The position numbers and the translations under genes were made by a program. Of a stretch of 64,000 bases of DNA, positions 33,501 through 39,748 are shown piece after piece; positions within the stretch are counted from its first letter, which is position 1, and each line of letters opens with the position of its first letter. The DNA comes from a virus (lineage: Duplodnaviria > Caudoviricetes): IMG/VR virus record IMGVR_UViG_3300021425_004041, positions 1-64,000 of that record; one strand, 5' to 3'. The notes beneath the pieces are model-generated. The model did not search any database. It had not been told where the DNA came from and saw only the letters and a program-made list of their open reading frames with translations.

Positions 33501-34943
33501 CCTGGAGATATTTTAAAAGTTTATATAAATGCGTGGGATGACAGCACTGATTCAGGAGGAGACTACAAATTTGGGTATTATGAAGATGAAATTTTTGTAG
33601 AAACTCCTGATACTGTAACTATAAATTTCGATTTGAATATTAGCGATAAAGTTAAAATTTATCAATTTAGTAATCATAATACACAAGACATCGATTGGCA
33701 AAGTTTTGATGTAACAGAAAGAACAAGATTAAGTCCTGGAGTTAATCAAATATCTGCAATTAGGCGGGTCACAAGTACATTTGTTTTAGAATTAGATTTT
33801 GAACTCAACACAAATCTTTATTATGCTGTTTATAGAAATGGTACAAGAATAGATGATAAAGAATATGGTACATCTAATGCTACAAATCCAAATGCAGAAA
33901 TTCAAACTCCGAAAGGCAATGCTACATATAGATTAAATCTAATTGACTATGGTATACAGGCAAATGAAGGAGATGTGTTTAAGATAGTTGAATTAGGAAG
34001 TAGTATTACTCTAGATGCAGGAACAGCAGATTGGTATGAACTTAGACAGTTAAGAAATGGTATTATACCGCTAAACAAAACTGCAATTGATGATCAATTT
34101 GTCTGGGTTGCAAAAAATGGAGTATTGTTGGATCCTAGCGTAGATTATTATGTTATGCAAGATAGGATGCATGTAAGATTAAATAATCCTTTACAAGAAA
34201 ATGATAATATTCAAGTAGTTCATTTTAGCAATAGTTTACAAAAAAATAAATTTGGGTGGATTCAGTTTAATGATATTTTAAATAAAACACATTATCTTTC
34301 ATTAGATGGCAAGCAAAATATAAAATTAGCTAAAGATTTGTATTGGTATGATAAAATAATTGAGGTAGTTGACGGCAGTGTCTTACCTCAGCCTGAAACA
34401 AATAGTAAATATCCTGGTGTGGTGTTGATACAAGGAGAAAGGATCGAGTTCCGTTTGAGAAACGGTAATATTTTAAGCCAATTAAAAAGAGGAACATTAG
34501 GAACTGGAGTAAAGGATGTGTATCCCGCTGGTTTAGAAATTTATAATCAAAGTGTAAATATGGTTTTACCTTATAAGGACGAAACGCTTATTACTAGTTT
34601 TATAAGCGATGGGCAAACAAAAGATTTTCATTTGGATTTTGTAGCTAACAGTATAAATGAATTTGAAGTATTCGTAGCCGGTAGAAGGTTAAGAAAAACA
34701 GAAATACTGCAATATAACATAGAATTAGGACCAAATTCGCCTAATGCAGATGTTATATTACCTCCAGAATTTGCATTAGATAACAATATGTTAAATTTGT
34801 TAGAAATACCTCAAATAAATCAAAAGATAATGGTTGTGAGAAAAATAGGTAAATTATGGACTGACCCAGGTGTAAGATTAAGTGATAGTGATAATAATAT
34901 ATCTAAAAAAATACAATCTGTGCAGGCAGACTTGCCAAGATAA
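18585..34943 (+). CDS. Giant multidomain baseplate/virion protein (gp7-position), 5452 aa
   Basis: Uninterrupted ORF with AAGGA RBS; begins ..HLPKYFRT (gp7/wedge-like); FG-GAP-like blades, CBM5/12-like aromatic modules, GSGY repeats and (F/Y)I.DG...F repeats. Confidence 0.8.
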   Translation: MAFTNDQTEPSLPADSSQPRKSVNHLPKYFRTEYNQKFLSTTLDQMIQPGKVEQLNGFYGRRTARAFDYNKDIYVKDITQERQDYQLEPVIVQKDELNNLNYYADYVDFINSLKIKNGSVVDHNVINGQEYYAWNPHIDWDKFVNFRNYYWLPNGPVTLTVAGQEKEVESEYTIRLQDNADNFTYIFTPDGLTNNPTITLYRGQTYVFDIDTTNYPIAFVTRKTFTPGKEYNEPTENTSLIYTNGLVKKDENGLITDEPFLSKGIIEFTIPDNAPDVLYYISKDDPNLSGTIKIYDIIENTAINVEKEVIGKKNYKTSSGWKFSNGMKVEFAGNVFPAIYGEGEWYVEGVGTAIKLINTKDLELNSLFVEDIEVEFDNKGFDDMPFDEALGYPVKKDYIVINKASNDGNLWSKYNRWFHIDVIEKSLEINQQIPSVDQSLRANRPIIEFEPNIKLYQFGTQTKQNVNLVDTITKDVFSTIEGSIGYNIDGIDLTEGMRILFLNDNDIFVKNKIFKVFFVNIKNNIQITLKEETDAVPLLNENVLITQGNQNKGKYFYYDGETWHKGQEKYSLNQSPLFDMYDEEDVWLKDLLKYQYSQFIGNRIFSYAVGQGNNDSVLGFPLKYQNIENSGDIVFNFDLLNSEFSYYDNNSVKIYKTDIAFLRKYYDKDNYELINGWEKANTFSQQDVILQLLSTNDNMYALDMYESIDLNDFRIKVFVDNRLQVENVDYQLITNDNNDYFLTFIKQLPLNSNIVFKTRSSKPKTASGFYEIPASLEKNPSNDNLYQFTLGEVNDHVGSIVEELTTFTGNFPGIGNLRDLGNLSSYGKKFLKHSALYNLYSYHILDKQANVMDAISFAQKEYSKFKRLFLQTISTIGFQGETQQTFEKVLEEIVKGKSKDLPYYFSDMIPYTGKKINSNLIVDVDQQFFPLSSDFNLDTPSNRAVLVYKNEILLLYGVDYDFSNPGFVRVFGNKEVNDVIDVYEFENTFGSFVPQTPTKLGLFPKYAPRIYIDDSVVSKQADSSSGPFKIYGYTKKEGLGWYHPIFTDYAAAKEYDKNNSGNGEVSLVKFDDVPTVFYMPMSSKIISMNDTEKFESWHQDTVIIQGHDGSKILAFKDYRDTLILELETRIYNNIKVNYDSDLFDLHKILPSFYRKNLIKKENLYNAMLNDFVNWTKLINIEYSPHLYFDLTNPYTYNYASSFLENGQRSPGWWRAIYEYVYDTDRPHTHPWEMLGFTGKPDWWDAEYGVGPYTNNNLPLWQDLENGIIRKPFFKIDARFSRPGLSKIIPVDQNGKLLNPAFANVIKQYNRQEMQENFKFGDGGPVETAWKRTSEYPFSLLKASILLQPAYVFSGSFDRIQQKRNIAGQIIYNVSKNHIQLSSLQFPDEVSNMFASGLINYIVEYQNKHFLNRFNEYVNIVKNLKNQLGFKVGGFTDKSKFKLILDSRSPLNKGNVFVPDENYDVYLNTSFPINEFVYSGVMIQKESNGFVIKGYDENFSKFPYYKPYTKSSNATFNVGGISETFVTWDSGKTYAKDTIVKVDTVYYRTKITHVSGDNFDTSKFAKLPRLPIIGGAVAKYRHIYDGFLSYLEYGTLLTGVQDVVDFLFGYGHYLETVGFKFEKFLANTTEISDWVYSIKQFLFWTTQNWGEGSIITLSPAADEVKFQNDYAVVGNTLESSIGFSVLKADGTVIPKENCKFFRDTDNSFSVKVVNYTGGIYFIKIPLVTKEHIVLIDNTTIFNDIIYDPTPGYRQERIKVAGYRTANWNGSLNIPGFFYDTATVKNWTVYTDYNAGDVVKFKEFYYTAKQKIFGSDKFEFNRWKRLAEPPQAKLYSNFDYKIEQFKDFYDLDSDNLDTNQQKIAQHLIGYQKRKYLENIINSDVSQYKFYQGYIQEKGTKNALTKLFDVLASSSKDSLEFYEEWGVRVGHYGGTEIFDEFDYILKENDFNLKPQPVVLTNTTSKNIDYINRIKKYETYNFPPNYDHNPFPVLDKEKIDYKTSGYVFSDDVHHVKIDYLDLLQEDITLYNLNDIIWIGNTIKNDWSVYQVSKYKRSIVQVIEGEVYTELHLDGMADDLNVDDIIGIYEINSIELGISTVFETSKLTGFFVIKQIDKSVISIDVPVELKSAINYDKLQICKGIIVNLQSLRVNALDSAASFSIKNPQLTRLWLDDDGQGNWKVLEKGSNFVEKHVISNPIIDFNTNFGVSVATNSKNTVMIVGAPNDGDGKVYLYKRDSYASKWKFLDVFEPDAPTKEEVIVLPINGQTIFEIETNLVQHIKQIYVNSLKVNSTEYTLNLNANQVVFANVIPKDTQVIFDFNSHTIPYRFGSSIDIAEDGNFLIIGAPDASNVLTRYEGDFDNYTAYNAGSIVKYNGLYWEASVDISPGTSAYTFESFFSVSNFLAENNLDTENSPTISILLTGNYPFTYQQGEDPIITDHFLVRLKQEMYDGIAKNDEIILKWNKLTNANQTQIDLTATEPFEGNLTFVNDDTLLWSDVISRRHTVQEKVDLIVQIDNALFTPQVGDTVTSTTGIGTIVYIYRETPTSNNFLIYINDVRGYFETLSYLEIDTILLGDYQTVTPADSMDSYFGGYAMISVDEYYLYLTNSDAAKGLVITETITDSSDSDLYFYNILDYPNNSLITILSYKGTEIIGSGTYADIDSELRYIGIRAPQELSNTLNVGDGFSFYYNQLKKTVTFLKVRNTRFTFPPVVEKGEIITQKNTKAYATVFSSEVLEDPDSVIAGSFILQVQFLSQNENGPVFDFINELVGSVSGELFCRPIANPVEDIYTSIQEIGIQEPDQLNVNDNSKIVWNIWDGFIDYNENRFSEEGLPYQPYPKYYEDGTGFFLTDAGRSGQIIREKGTTNTAEVVYLQRLNPTTVRVFVDNLQGEWGTGTQIEMLAITINPPTDPWNRPNIYSVNREIGTLISQSLSSNEIGKLVILENSYNISVAFDSSGLPFRELKDQEYWIYKNETVDGIDQLPEIPNNLSRVWNETYNIPIDNANGTPSVLAKEGAVYVYAKVGVQYLLQNTSTSINKKNNHRYGSKVQLTKSNDFYTGYILALDGDFDFDNPGKIYFIGYGEYDGRTYNWDSTKNKNYRGEFNELLTYFKGDIVYVDKIFYEAKTNLLPNLFNVVFWTPIEELIDFVGYIPNDLNLPVTFDGVDISTIPMTGIYDYATNFAVSKDGEVLAVFVKYDIANPNVVAIYRRYENTFTWSQNINAQTPASAFGESLELNEDGTLLFIGAPKDDSFNNDGGVVYIYKLDNLAFNLYQIINSPYSHTLEMFGHNVKVSNNILAVTSLNGDRVKETTFDDNSTIFDNNFTKISYTVVDTGVIHFYSYILDKFVYSHNISYEDGFNKIYQIGDSFILNNNSLFLGVNDSLSGQSIGNVIQFDKGIDNLYNVLREIKSPVDVSKIKKITLYDKRKNKVITNLDFIDPLQNKIPGPAEQNITYKLLYDPAVYNVGNINIDQTMAWNKDQVGQLWWDLTNVKYYYPYLGDVEFSSNYWAKLFPTHTIDIYEWVQSDVLPEVWDELTGTVDGIAVGITGTTKYGNSSYSTARVYDTVVGTFFNQYFFWVKNKTSIPQLDNRSLSAAQVSNLIRDPIGQDYSFIGFISENEFACYNLEKYLNDDNVIISFQVYNEAKIKDINQHLQYKLITENYASSLPNEQIEQKWIDSLVGYDLYGRSVPDPSVSVKYRYGVLDNPRQGMFKNRQEALKQYIEYINLKLKSILIKDNKNLSNLYSADEYPTETSNFYDIAVDLRSDLDTIGIAKAEQAEISLKIVNGIVIDFTILQSGRGYLVKPTYVVIGKGEGLEIDYDLNSLGGITNFRIINGGVNYNDSAYIIIRKFTALVKTDESILGKWALYERNYKDKDWIRIQSQGYNTSLYWNFIDWYAADFSANTRINYAIDYAYELTSLTDNINDIIKISNIGDGTWLLLRKINNLDDVDYTVNYETIGRQNGTIQFSNILYDPNVAFINFDLISYDTNFYDSIPSLEIREIAKAIKNDIFIDDLAIEYNKLFFATLRYVLSEQPQVDWLFKSNFLKIVHNVGELKQEINFKNDNLESYEDYVNEVKPYKVKIREFISSYEKVDDIFGKIEDFDLPPKYSTVENKIVPWPITAFSDGLYNEEIIKSNPYKSWLDNCTYEVVAIEIHDGGSGYSIPPVLRFEGGGGNGCIAKARIGDNGSLVMVDIINSGSGYFSAPKLIIDGSIGETGRHARASVILGNGLPRSIFTNIKFDRNSKKFEILALETSENFIGTGSKYIFDLLWPLSLNSKNISVIVNGNKLLRNEYTYRNILDKSKSSNYFGQIIFTYPVANYSNIQINYLKDSSLLKAQDRINLLYTASQGQYGNDLALLMDGVDYGGVEVKSFEFGTYSGWDTSGYLANTYDTYDENYNDTFYRIPVHLLDIDVIDYKVHVNFINIANAVNAIVKGDSTAILKYQRFIEIFSVDQLGNALDNYLDGSSILNILDELVEVIDEDGNINLVSALTFKSADQFQKYAIGTADNLTAITNIELQIIPKLVTLSLVDVNQLLVEGILEDLIVKFVKPLENNISYNVYYNNVRIDDPNYIDDLTPVGNPNATMTTIIGDGITQSVNVKNLNISPNTDDIIIIRSAYSDGSFLPTDLDYDTLLLGGNIDYSNAKGIDAADIIVDGDNFVTPLNSKGPEELVPGLIKDSVSITVYERPTAGTSNIVSRNYIGDGNTTLFSIDFSPITEFTVFVKVNRELKKVNEDYTVDFRNQNILFITAPPAYSKINITTLDYSGSNILDVDTITIEESLGTFIVNARWEENLSSQVSVNGQSLPYELVKADTEFYDSSNNILIKFANPLPVGSVLQYLILSGEEQSYSTVYVDEFIADGSTNTFTLAQAPFRQRPLEWHTMVIVNDKLLNPGYAETFITTDSLEYKLKLYQVPVASVSSKNIRVFLNGSELELLTQWTFLAADSYDLLLDADEQFGSTVIIKRGVSQPGDILKVYINAWDDSTDSGGDYKFGYYEDEIFVETPDTVTINFDLNISDKVKIYQFSNHNTQDIDWQSFDVTERTRLSPGVNQISAIRRVTSTFVLELDFELNTNLYYAVYRNGTRIDDKEYGTSNATNPNAEIQTPKGNATYRLNLIDYGIQANEGDVFKIVELGSSITLDAGTADWYELRQLRNGIIPLNKTAIDDQFVWVAKNGVLLDPSVDYYVMQDRMHVRLNNPLQENDNIQVVHFSNSLQKNKFGWIQFNDILNKTHYLSLDGKQNIKLAKDLYWYDKIIEVVDGSVLPQPETNSKYPGVVLIQGERIEFRLRNGNILSQLKRGTLGTGVKDVYPAGLEIYNQSVNMVLPYKDETLITSFISDGQTKDFHLDFVANSINEFEVFVAGRRLRKTEILQYNIELGPNSPNADVILPPEFALDNNMLNLLEIPQINQKIMVVRKIGKLWTDPGVRLSDSDNNISKKIQSVQADLPR

Positions 34944-34946
34944 ATA
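34941..34946 (+). promoter_or_regulatory. Putative late promoter (TAAATA)
   Basis: Overlaps stop of giant gene; AGGA RBS and ATG 34964 follow. Confidence 0.45.
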
Positions 34947-34963
34947 ACTTAGTAGGATAAAAT

Positions 34964-35578
34964 ATGATTGATAAAATTAATGATAAAAGTGGAACATTGA
35001 TACAAGGGCATATAAAAATATTTGACCCTGAGACGCATAAAATTTTTGTTAATAAACGAAATGCTATACATTATGAAAATATGAGCATAGCATTGGCACA
35101 GTCGTTAAGCAATTCAGGTACTGGATTTATTTACTCAATGGGGTTTGGTAACGGTGGGACAAGTGTTGATCCTACAGGTATAATTACATATTTGAGTCCA
35201 AATAATACAGGAATAAATGCAAGTTTATATAATCAAACTTTTGAAAAGATAGTAGATGATCGCAATGTAAATAATATTGATCCATTTAGAAATAAAACTG
35301 AAGTAAGGCATGTTAGTGGAACTAATTATACAGATATACTTGTGACATGTTTGTTAGATTATGGAGAGCCTGCGGGACAAGATGCTTTTGACACTGCATT
35401 AAGTACAGAGGATTTGTATGTTTTTGATGAGTTAGGATTAAAAAGTTATGATACAAACCAAGAAACTATGTTACTGACGCATGTTTTATTCCATCCTGTG
35501 CAAAAAAGTTTAAATAGACTAATTCAAATCGATTATACAGTAAGAATACAAAGCCTGTCCGGCGTTCTTGGAGAATAA
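34964..35578 (+). CDS. Baseplate structural protein (gp8-position)
   Basis: FDELGL...LLTHVLFHPVQKSLNRLIQIDYT motif; lies between giant wedge and fibre genes. Confidence 0.6.
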   Translation: MIDKINDKSGTLIQGHIKIFDPETHKIFVNKRNAIHYENMSIALAQSLSNSGTGFIYSMGFGNGGTSVDPTGIITYLSPNNTGINASLYNQTFEKIVDDRNVNNIDPFRNKTEVRHVSGTNYTDILVTCLLDYGEPAGQDAFDTALSTEDLYVFDELGLKSYDTNQETMLLTHVLFHPVQKSLNRLIQIDYTVRIQSLSGVLGE

Positions 35579-35581
35579 TAA

Positions 35582-37681
35582 ATGCCTTATCAAATAAATT
35601 TTACAGATGTAGATAATAAATTAGGTATTGTAATAGAAGATGCTACTATTAATCAAGAAACGTCTTTAAAATTACCAGGAAAAAATACAACTGCGTATGG
35701 TACTATTATAGCAGAAAATTTTTTACACTTACTAGAAAATTTTGCAGCGACATCTGCTCCGTCTACTCCAGTTGAAGGTCAAATATGGTATGATTCTAAC
35801 CCTGACATAGAACAATTAATGGTATATAATGGTGTAAATTGGATACCAGTTAATGGTGTTAATAAATCTATTAATGCTCCAACGCTAAAACAAGAAGGAG
35901 ATTTATGGATTGACAGAGAAAATTTACAATTATATATGTATACAGATGCAGGTGGTTGGATTCTAATTGGGCCAGAATACAGTGGAGGAGTTATAACTGG
36001 TGCAACTCCTAAGGTTGTATTAGGTATAGATGACAAAACTTATAATATCTTACAAATAGATGTAAATGGTATACCTGCAGCTTGTATATCAAATAAAGAA
36101 TTTACGCCAAAAGCAAGAATTGATGGATTTGTAACTTTAAAACCTGGAATAAATTTAAGCACTGCGGCGTTACCGGGCGAAAGTAAATTAAAATATAACG
36201 GCGTTGCAGAAAAAGCAGAAAGTTTAATTGTTGGAAATGAAGTTATTGCAGCAGGCAACTTTTTAAGAGGAAACGCAGTAAGCTCAACCAGTTTTAAATT
36301 AAACGTTTTAAATAATGATGGCATTGCTTATGGCAGGAATTCAGAATTAACAATTGGTATAGAAGGATCAATAGGGATAATAAAGCATAATGTGGCAGGA
36401 TCTGCTATAGATGTTAAGGTTAAAAATGATGGCATTTTTAAAACTTTGATGCGTTATGACAGTTCGATGAAAGTTGGAATAGGTAAAGATAACCCCGATA
36501 CAGAATTAGATGTTAACGGCGATGTAACTATTACAGTTCCGGTAGATGATGCTTCTAAAGGTAAATTTATTGTTACTAGTACACACGATAGCACACAGAT
36601 AGGTAACGGATCAATTGTTACTGCTGGAGGAATAGGAATAGCGTTAAATGCATCAATTGGTGGCAATTTATACATGAATACAAGCAATAGTAGTACGATT
36701 GTAGTTGATAAAATTTTACCTGATACAGATGCAGATGATATTCTCGGTACTGAAAGCACTTATATAGGACAACCTAGTTTACGATATGAAGGTATTTATT
36801 CAAAAAGATTCTATGGAGATTTAACTGGAACTGTTACAGGATCTGTAACAGGTAGAGCAGGTTCAGCAAATAAATTAGCGAAAGCGTCTAGTTTTAAATT
36901 TATAGGCGATGTGGGATTATTAAACAGTACTTCTGTCGAAGAAGGCGTTATAAATTTTACAGGGCAGGGCGAGTTAATTGAATTTGTAACACAAATCAAT
37001 CGTGATGTAATAAACTCTAAAGATGAAGTAATAACAACTCAGGTAGATGATGAATTGTTATTGGCCAGGGTTAGAGATGATATTGGTTTGAAAAAAATTA
37101 CAGTATCAAATTTATTATCATCCGTTCCTGTTATGCCAATCGGAACAGTTGTTCCATATGCAGGAGATGTTGCTCCCACAGGATGGTTGTTGTGTAACGG
37201 GCAAGAAGTTCAAACAGTTGATTACCAAGAATTGTTTAGCGTAATAGGTTATACATATAAAGCTGTTGGATCTGTAAAGGTAGGGTTTTTTGCAGTTCCT
37301 GATTTGCGAGGTAGAGTTGCTTTAGGTTTGCACAATATGGGCAATTTAGAGCCTGATGAGATTATAACAGATAATCCTAACGCCGCAGAGTTAGGAGGAA
37401 AAGGTGGTGCTGATGAAGTTGTATTACAAGAATCAAATCTTCCAGATCACAAGCACGACTTATATTACAATGATACACAATTTTATGCAACAGCCCGTAA
37501 AGAGTTTGAAATCATAGACGAGCAAGTAGAAAATTATCATTTCTACGAACAACAAACAGAGTTTACAGGAGTTGCATTAAAAAATACACAAGGTGTTAAA
37601 ACCGAAAACATTCTTAGTACTCCGGTGGATATTTTAAATCCATTCTTAACTTTGAATTATATTATATATGCAGGAAATTAA
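35582..37681 (+). CDS. Short tail fibre with phage tail collar domain
   Basis: C-terminal MPIGTVVPYAGDVAPTGWLLCNGQ...FAVPDLRGR...LPDHKH...PFLTLNYII collar/microcystin-dependent-like motif; shared N-terminal ENF..LLENFA domain. Confidence 0.85.
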   Translation: MPYQINFTDVDNKLGIVIEDATINQETSLKLPGKNTTAYGTIIAENFLHLLENFAATSAPSTPVEGQIWYDSNPDIEQLMVYNGVNWIPVNGVNKSINAPTLKQEGDLWIDRENLQLYMYTDAGGWILIGPEYSGGVITGATPKVVLGIDDKTYNILQIDVNGIPAACISNKEFTPKARIDGFVTLKPGINLSTAALPGESKLKYNGVAEKAESLIVGNEVIAAGNFLRGNAVSSTSFKLNVLNNDGIAYGRNSELTIGIEGSIGIIKHNVAGSAIDVKVKNDGIFKTLMRYDSSMKVGIGKDNPDTELDVNGDVTITVPVDDASKGKFIVTSTHDSTQIGNGSIVTAGGIGIALNASIGGNLYMNTSNSSTIVVDKILPDTDADDILGTESTYIGQPSLRYEGIYSKRFYGDLTGTVTGSVTGRAGSANKLAKASSFKFIGDVGLLNSTSVEEGVINFTGQGELIEFVTQINRDVINSKDEVITTQVDDELLLARVRDDIGLKKITVSNLLSSVPVMPIGTVVPYAGDVAPTGWLLCNGQEVQTVDYQELFSVIGYTYKAVGSVKVGFFAVPDLRGRVALGLHNMGNLEPDEIITDNPNAAELGGKGGADEVVLQESNLPDHKHDLYYNDTQFYATARKEFEIIDEQVENYHFYEQQTEFTGVALKNTQGVKTENILSTPVDILNPFLTLNYIIYAGN

Positions 37682-39712
37682 ATGAGTTATCGGATCAATC
37701 GTACAGATGGAGAATTATTAGTAGATCTTATTGACGGCGTCATAGATACTAGTTCAACAGATATTACATTAATTGGAAGAAATTATAAAGGATTTGGTGA
37801 GTGGATAAACGAAAACTTTGTTAAAATTTTAGAAAATTTCGCAAGCACAAGTTCTCCTCCACATCCGTTGACAGGGCAATTATGGTACGACAAGCAAGAT
37901 GAAAGACTAAAAATTTTTAACGGTACATCTTTCCGTTCTGCTACTGGTACTATTGTAAATAGCACACAACCTACTAATCTAGTTGCCGGAGATATTTGGA
38001 TTGATAATGAAAATAACAGGTTATATTTATATGATGGTAGTGACCTAACACTTGTAGGTCCTACATATGACGCAGGGCAAGGTAAGACTGGGTTTGAAGC
38101 AACAAGCCAAGTTGATATTAATAATGTTACAAGAACAATATTAAAATTATTTCTAGGAAATGTTCTTGTTGGTATATATTCTCCTGCAGAATTTATTGTT
38201 CCAGTTTCTTTTAAAATTCAAGGCTTTCATGTGTGGAGTGAAGATACACAAGCACAGAAAAGGCAAAAATTATATAAAGGTTTTAATATAGCAAATACAG
38301 ATGCCGAAACTGGAACAAATGGATTTTGGTATAGAGGAACGAGTGTTAATTCAAAATATTTGCTAGATGATTCGGGTGTTCAAAAAAGTGTAGTAAATTT
38401 CCTGCCTACTGATAATAATGGCGTAACTACTGGATATATTAACATTAAAAATAGTCAAGGATTAATTATAGGAGTTGGAGATAGACCCTTTATTAATACA
38501 CGAATATTAGGCTCGACTACTACTATGGACAATTTAGAAGTTGACGCTAATTTTGGTATACGTGTAAAAACGTCTCAATATGCAAATAGTTTTGTAAGTG
38601 CTATGTTTATAGATAGTTCAACGTATACATTAAAGTTTTGGTCAAATCTTCCCCCTTTTGATACAACAGGTGCTCCTAGACCTAATATTACGTCTCATTC
38701 TGATATGACTTTAGATGGTAATATGACCATAGGTGGCAAACTTACTGTTGGTGGTGAAGTTACTTATGTCAGTTCTGAAGATCTACGAATAAAAGATAAA
38801 ACAATAGAGCTTGCAATCGGTGAAGATAATGTTATAGGAGATGACTCGGCAATAGTAGGGGGTGGAATAATTATTAGAAGTTCTGACGGAGATAAAGAAT
38901 TTCTTTTTCAATTAGATGGTAATAGTGGACACGGATCATGGACAATAAACCAAAATTTAGAGTTATCTAGTACAGTAGCGAATTCTAATCCATCTTATAA
39001 GATAGATGGACAACTTGTTTTGTCTAATAATGAATTGCATCCTGTTGTAACGAAAGCAACTGGTTTAAATGAAATCGGAACATTGATCGAGCTAAACGTA
39101 GATAATGTTAATATTGACAGTGCAACTATAAGTAGGCAAAATGGCATTGGTCTTGTTATAGATGCAAATGGGACTGCTCAAACCGCTGGAACGGTAAGCT
39201 TTGCAACTCATAATAGAATAACAGATTTGGCTGATCCTGTTAATTTAAAGGACGGTGCTAATAAAGAATATGTTGATAGGGCAGTCGATGGTAAAGAAAT
39301 ACTTTTATCCTTAGATATCAACGGATTAATAGCTGCAGGTGATCCTGATTATACACCTTTTTACGCAGCAACTATTGATAATGTACGGACAGTTTTAGAA
39401 TACATGGTGCCTATAGAAGAATCGTTGCCAGGACAAAATGTTAAGATAATGGCTACACGAATTAGAGAGATAGTAGCGGTATTTCCAATTACAGTGTCTG
39501 AAGAAGAGACTGCTGTATTACAAAAATCAAGAGTTACTGTAAGGAATTTTGATAATTCTGGTACGGTTGCAGTTGTGCAAGATATTGTAGCTAATCCTGC
39601 ATATTCAGGCTCTACAACAAATATAGAATTTACTGTAGATCGATTTGTTTATAAATTTCAAAGTGACGGAAGTTATTGGAATAGCACAGGAGTAGATAGG
39701 ATAGTTGTGTGA
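37682..39712 (+). CDS. Tail fibre/baseplate arm protein (paralog)
   Basis: Same N-terminal domain (GRNYKGFGEWINENFVKILENFA...GQLWYD); fibre repeat RITDLADPVNLKDGANKEYVD. Confidence 0.75.
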   Translation: MSYRINRTDGELLVDLIDGVIDTSSTDITLIGRNYKGFGEWINENFVKILENFASTSSPPHPLTGQLWYDKQDERLKIFNGTSFRSATGTIVNSTQPTNLVAGDIWIDNENNRLYLYDGSDLTLVGPTYDAGQGKTGFEATSQVDINNVTRTILKLFLGNVLVGIYSPAEFIVPVSFKIQGFHVWSEDTQAQKRQKLYKGFNIANTDAETGTNGFWYRGTSVNSKYLLDDSGVQKSVVNFLPTDNNGVTTGYINIKNSQGLIIGVGDRPFINTRILGSTTTMDNLEVDANFGIRVKTSQYANSFVSAMFIDSSTYTLKFWSNLPPFDTTGAPRPNITSHSDMTLDGNMTIGGKLTVGGEVTYVSSEDLRIKDKTIELAIGEDNVIGDDSAIVGGGIIIRSSDGDKEFLFQLDGNSGHGSWTINQNLELSSTVANSNPSYKIDGQLVLSNNELHPVVTKATGLNEIGTLIELNVDNVNIDSATISRQNGIGLVIDANGTAQTAGTVSFATHNRITDLADPVNLKDGANKEYVDRAVDGKEILLSLDINGLIAAGDPDYTPFYAATIDNVRTVLEYMVPIEESLPGQNVKIMATRIREIVAVFPITVSEEETAVLQKSRVTVRNFDNSGTVAVVQDIVANPAYSGSTTNIEFTVDRFVYKFQSDGSYWNSTGVDRIVV

Positions 39713-39719
39713 AATACGG

Positions 39720-39725
39720 TAAATA
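39720..39725 (+). promoter_or_regulatory. Putative late promoter (TAAATA)
   Basis: In intergenic gap ~24 nt before ATG 39749; AGGGG RBS follows. Confidence 0.5.
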
Positions 39726-39748
39726 CAACTAACAGATAGGGGAAATTA

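Noticed and set aside
18585-34943. Intein or DGR target in the giant protein
   Set aside because: No C/S...HN-C/S/T splice motifs or LAGLIDADG blocks noticed; no reverse transcriptase or TR/VR pair seen in the window.
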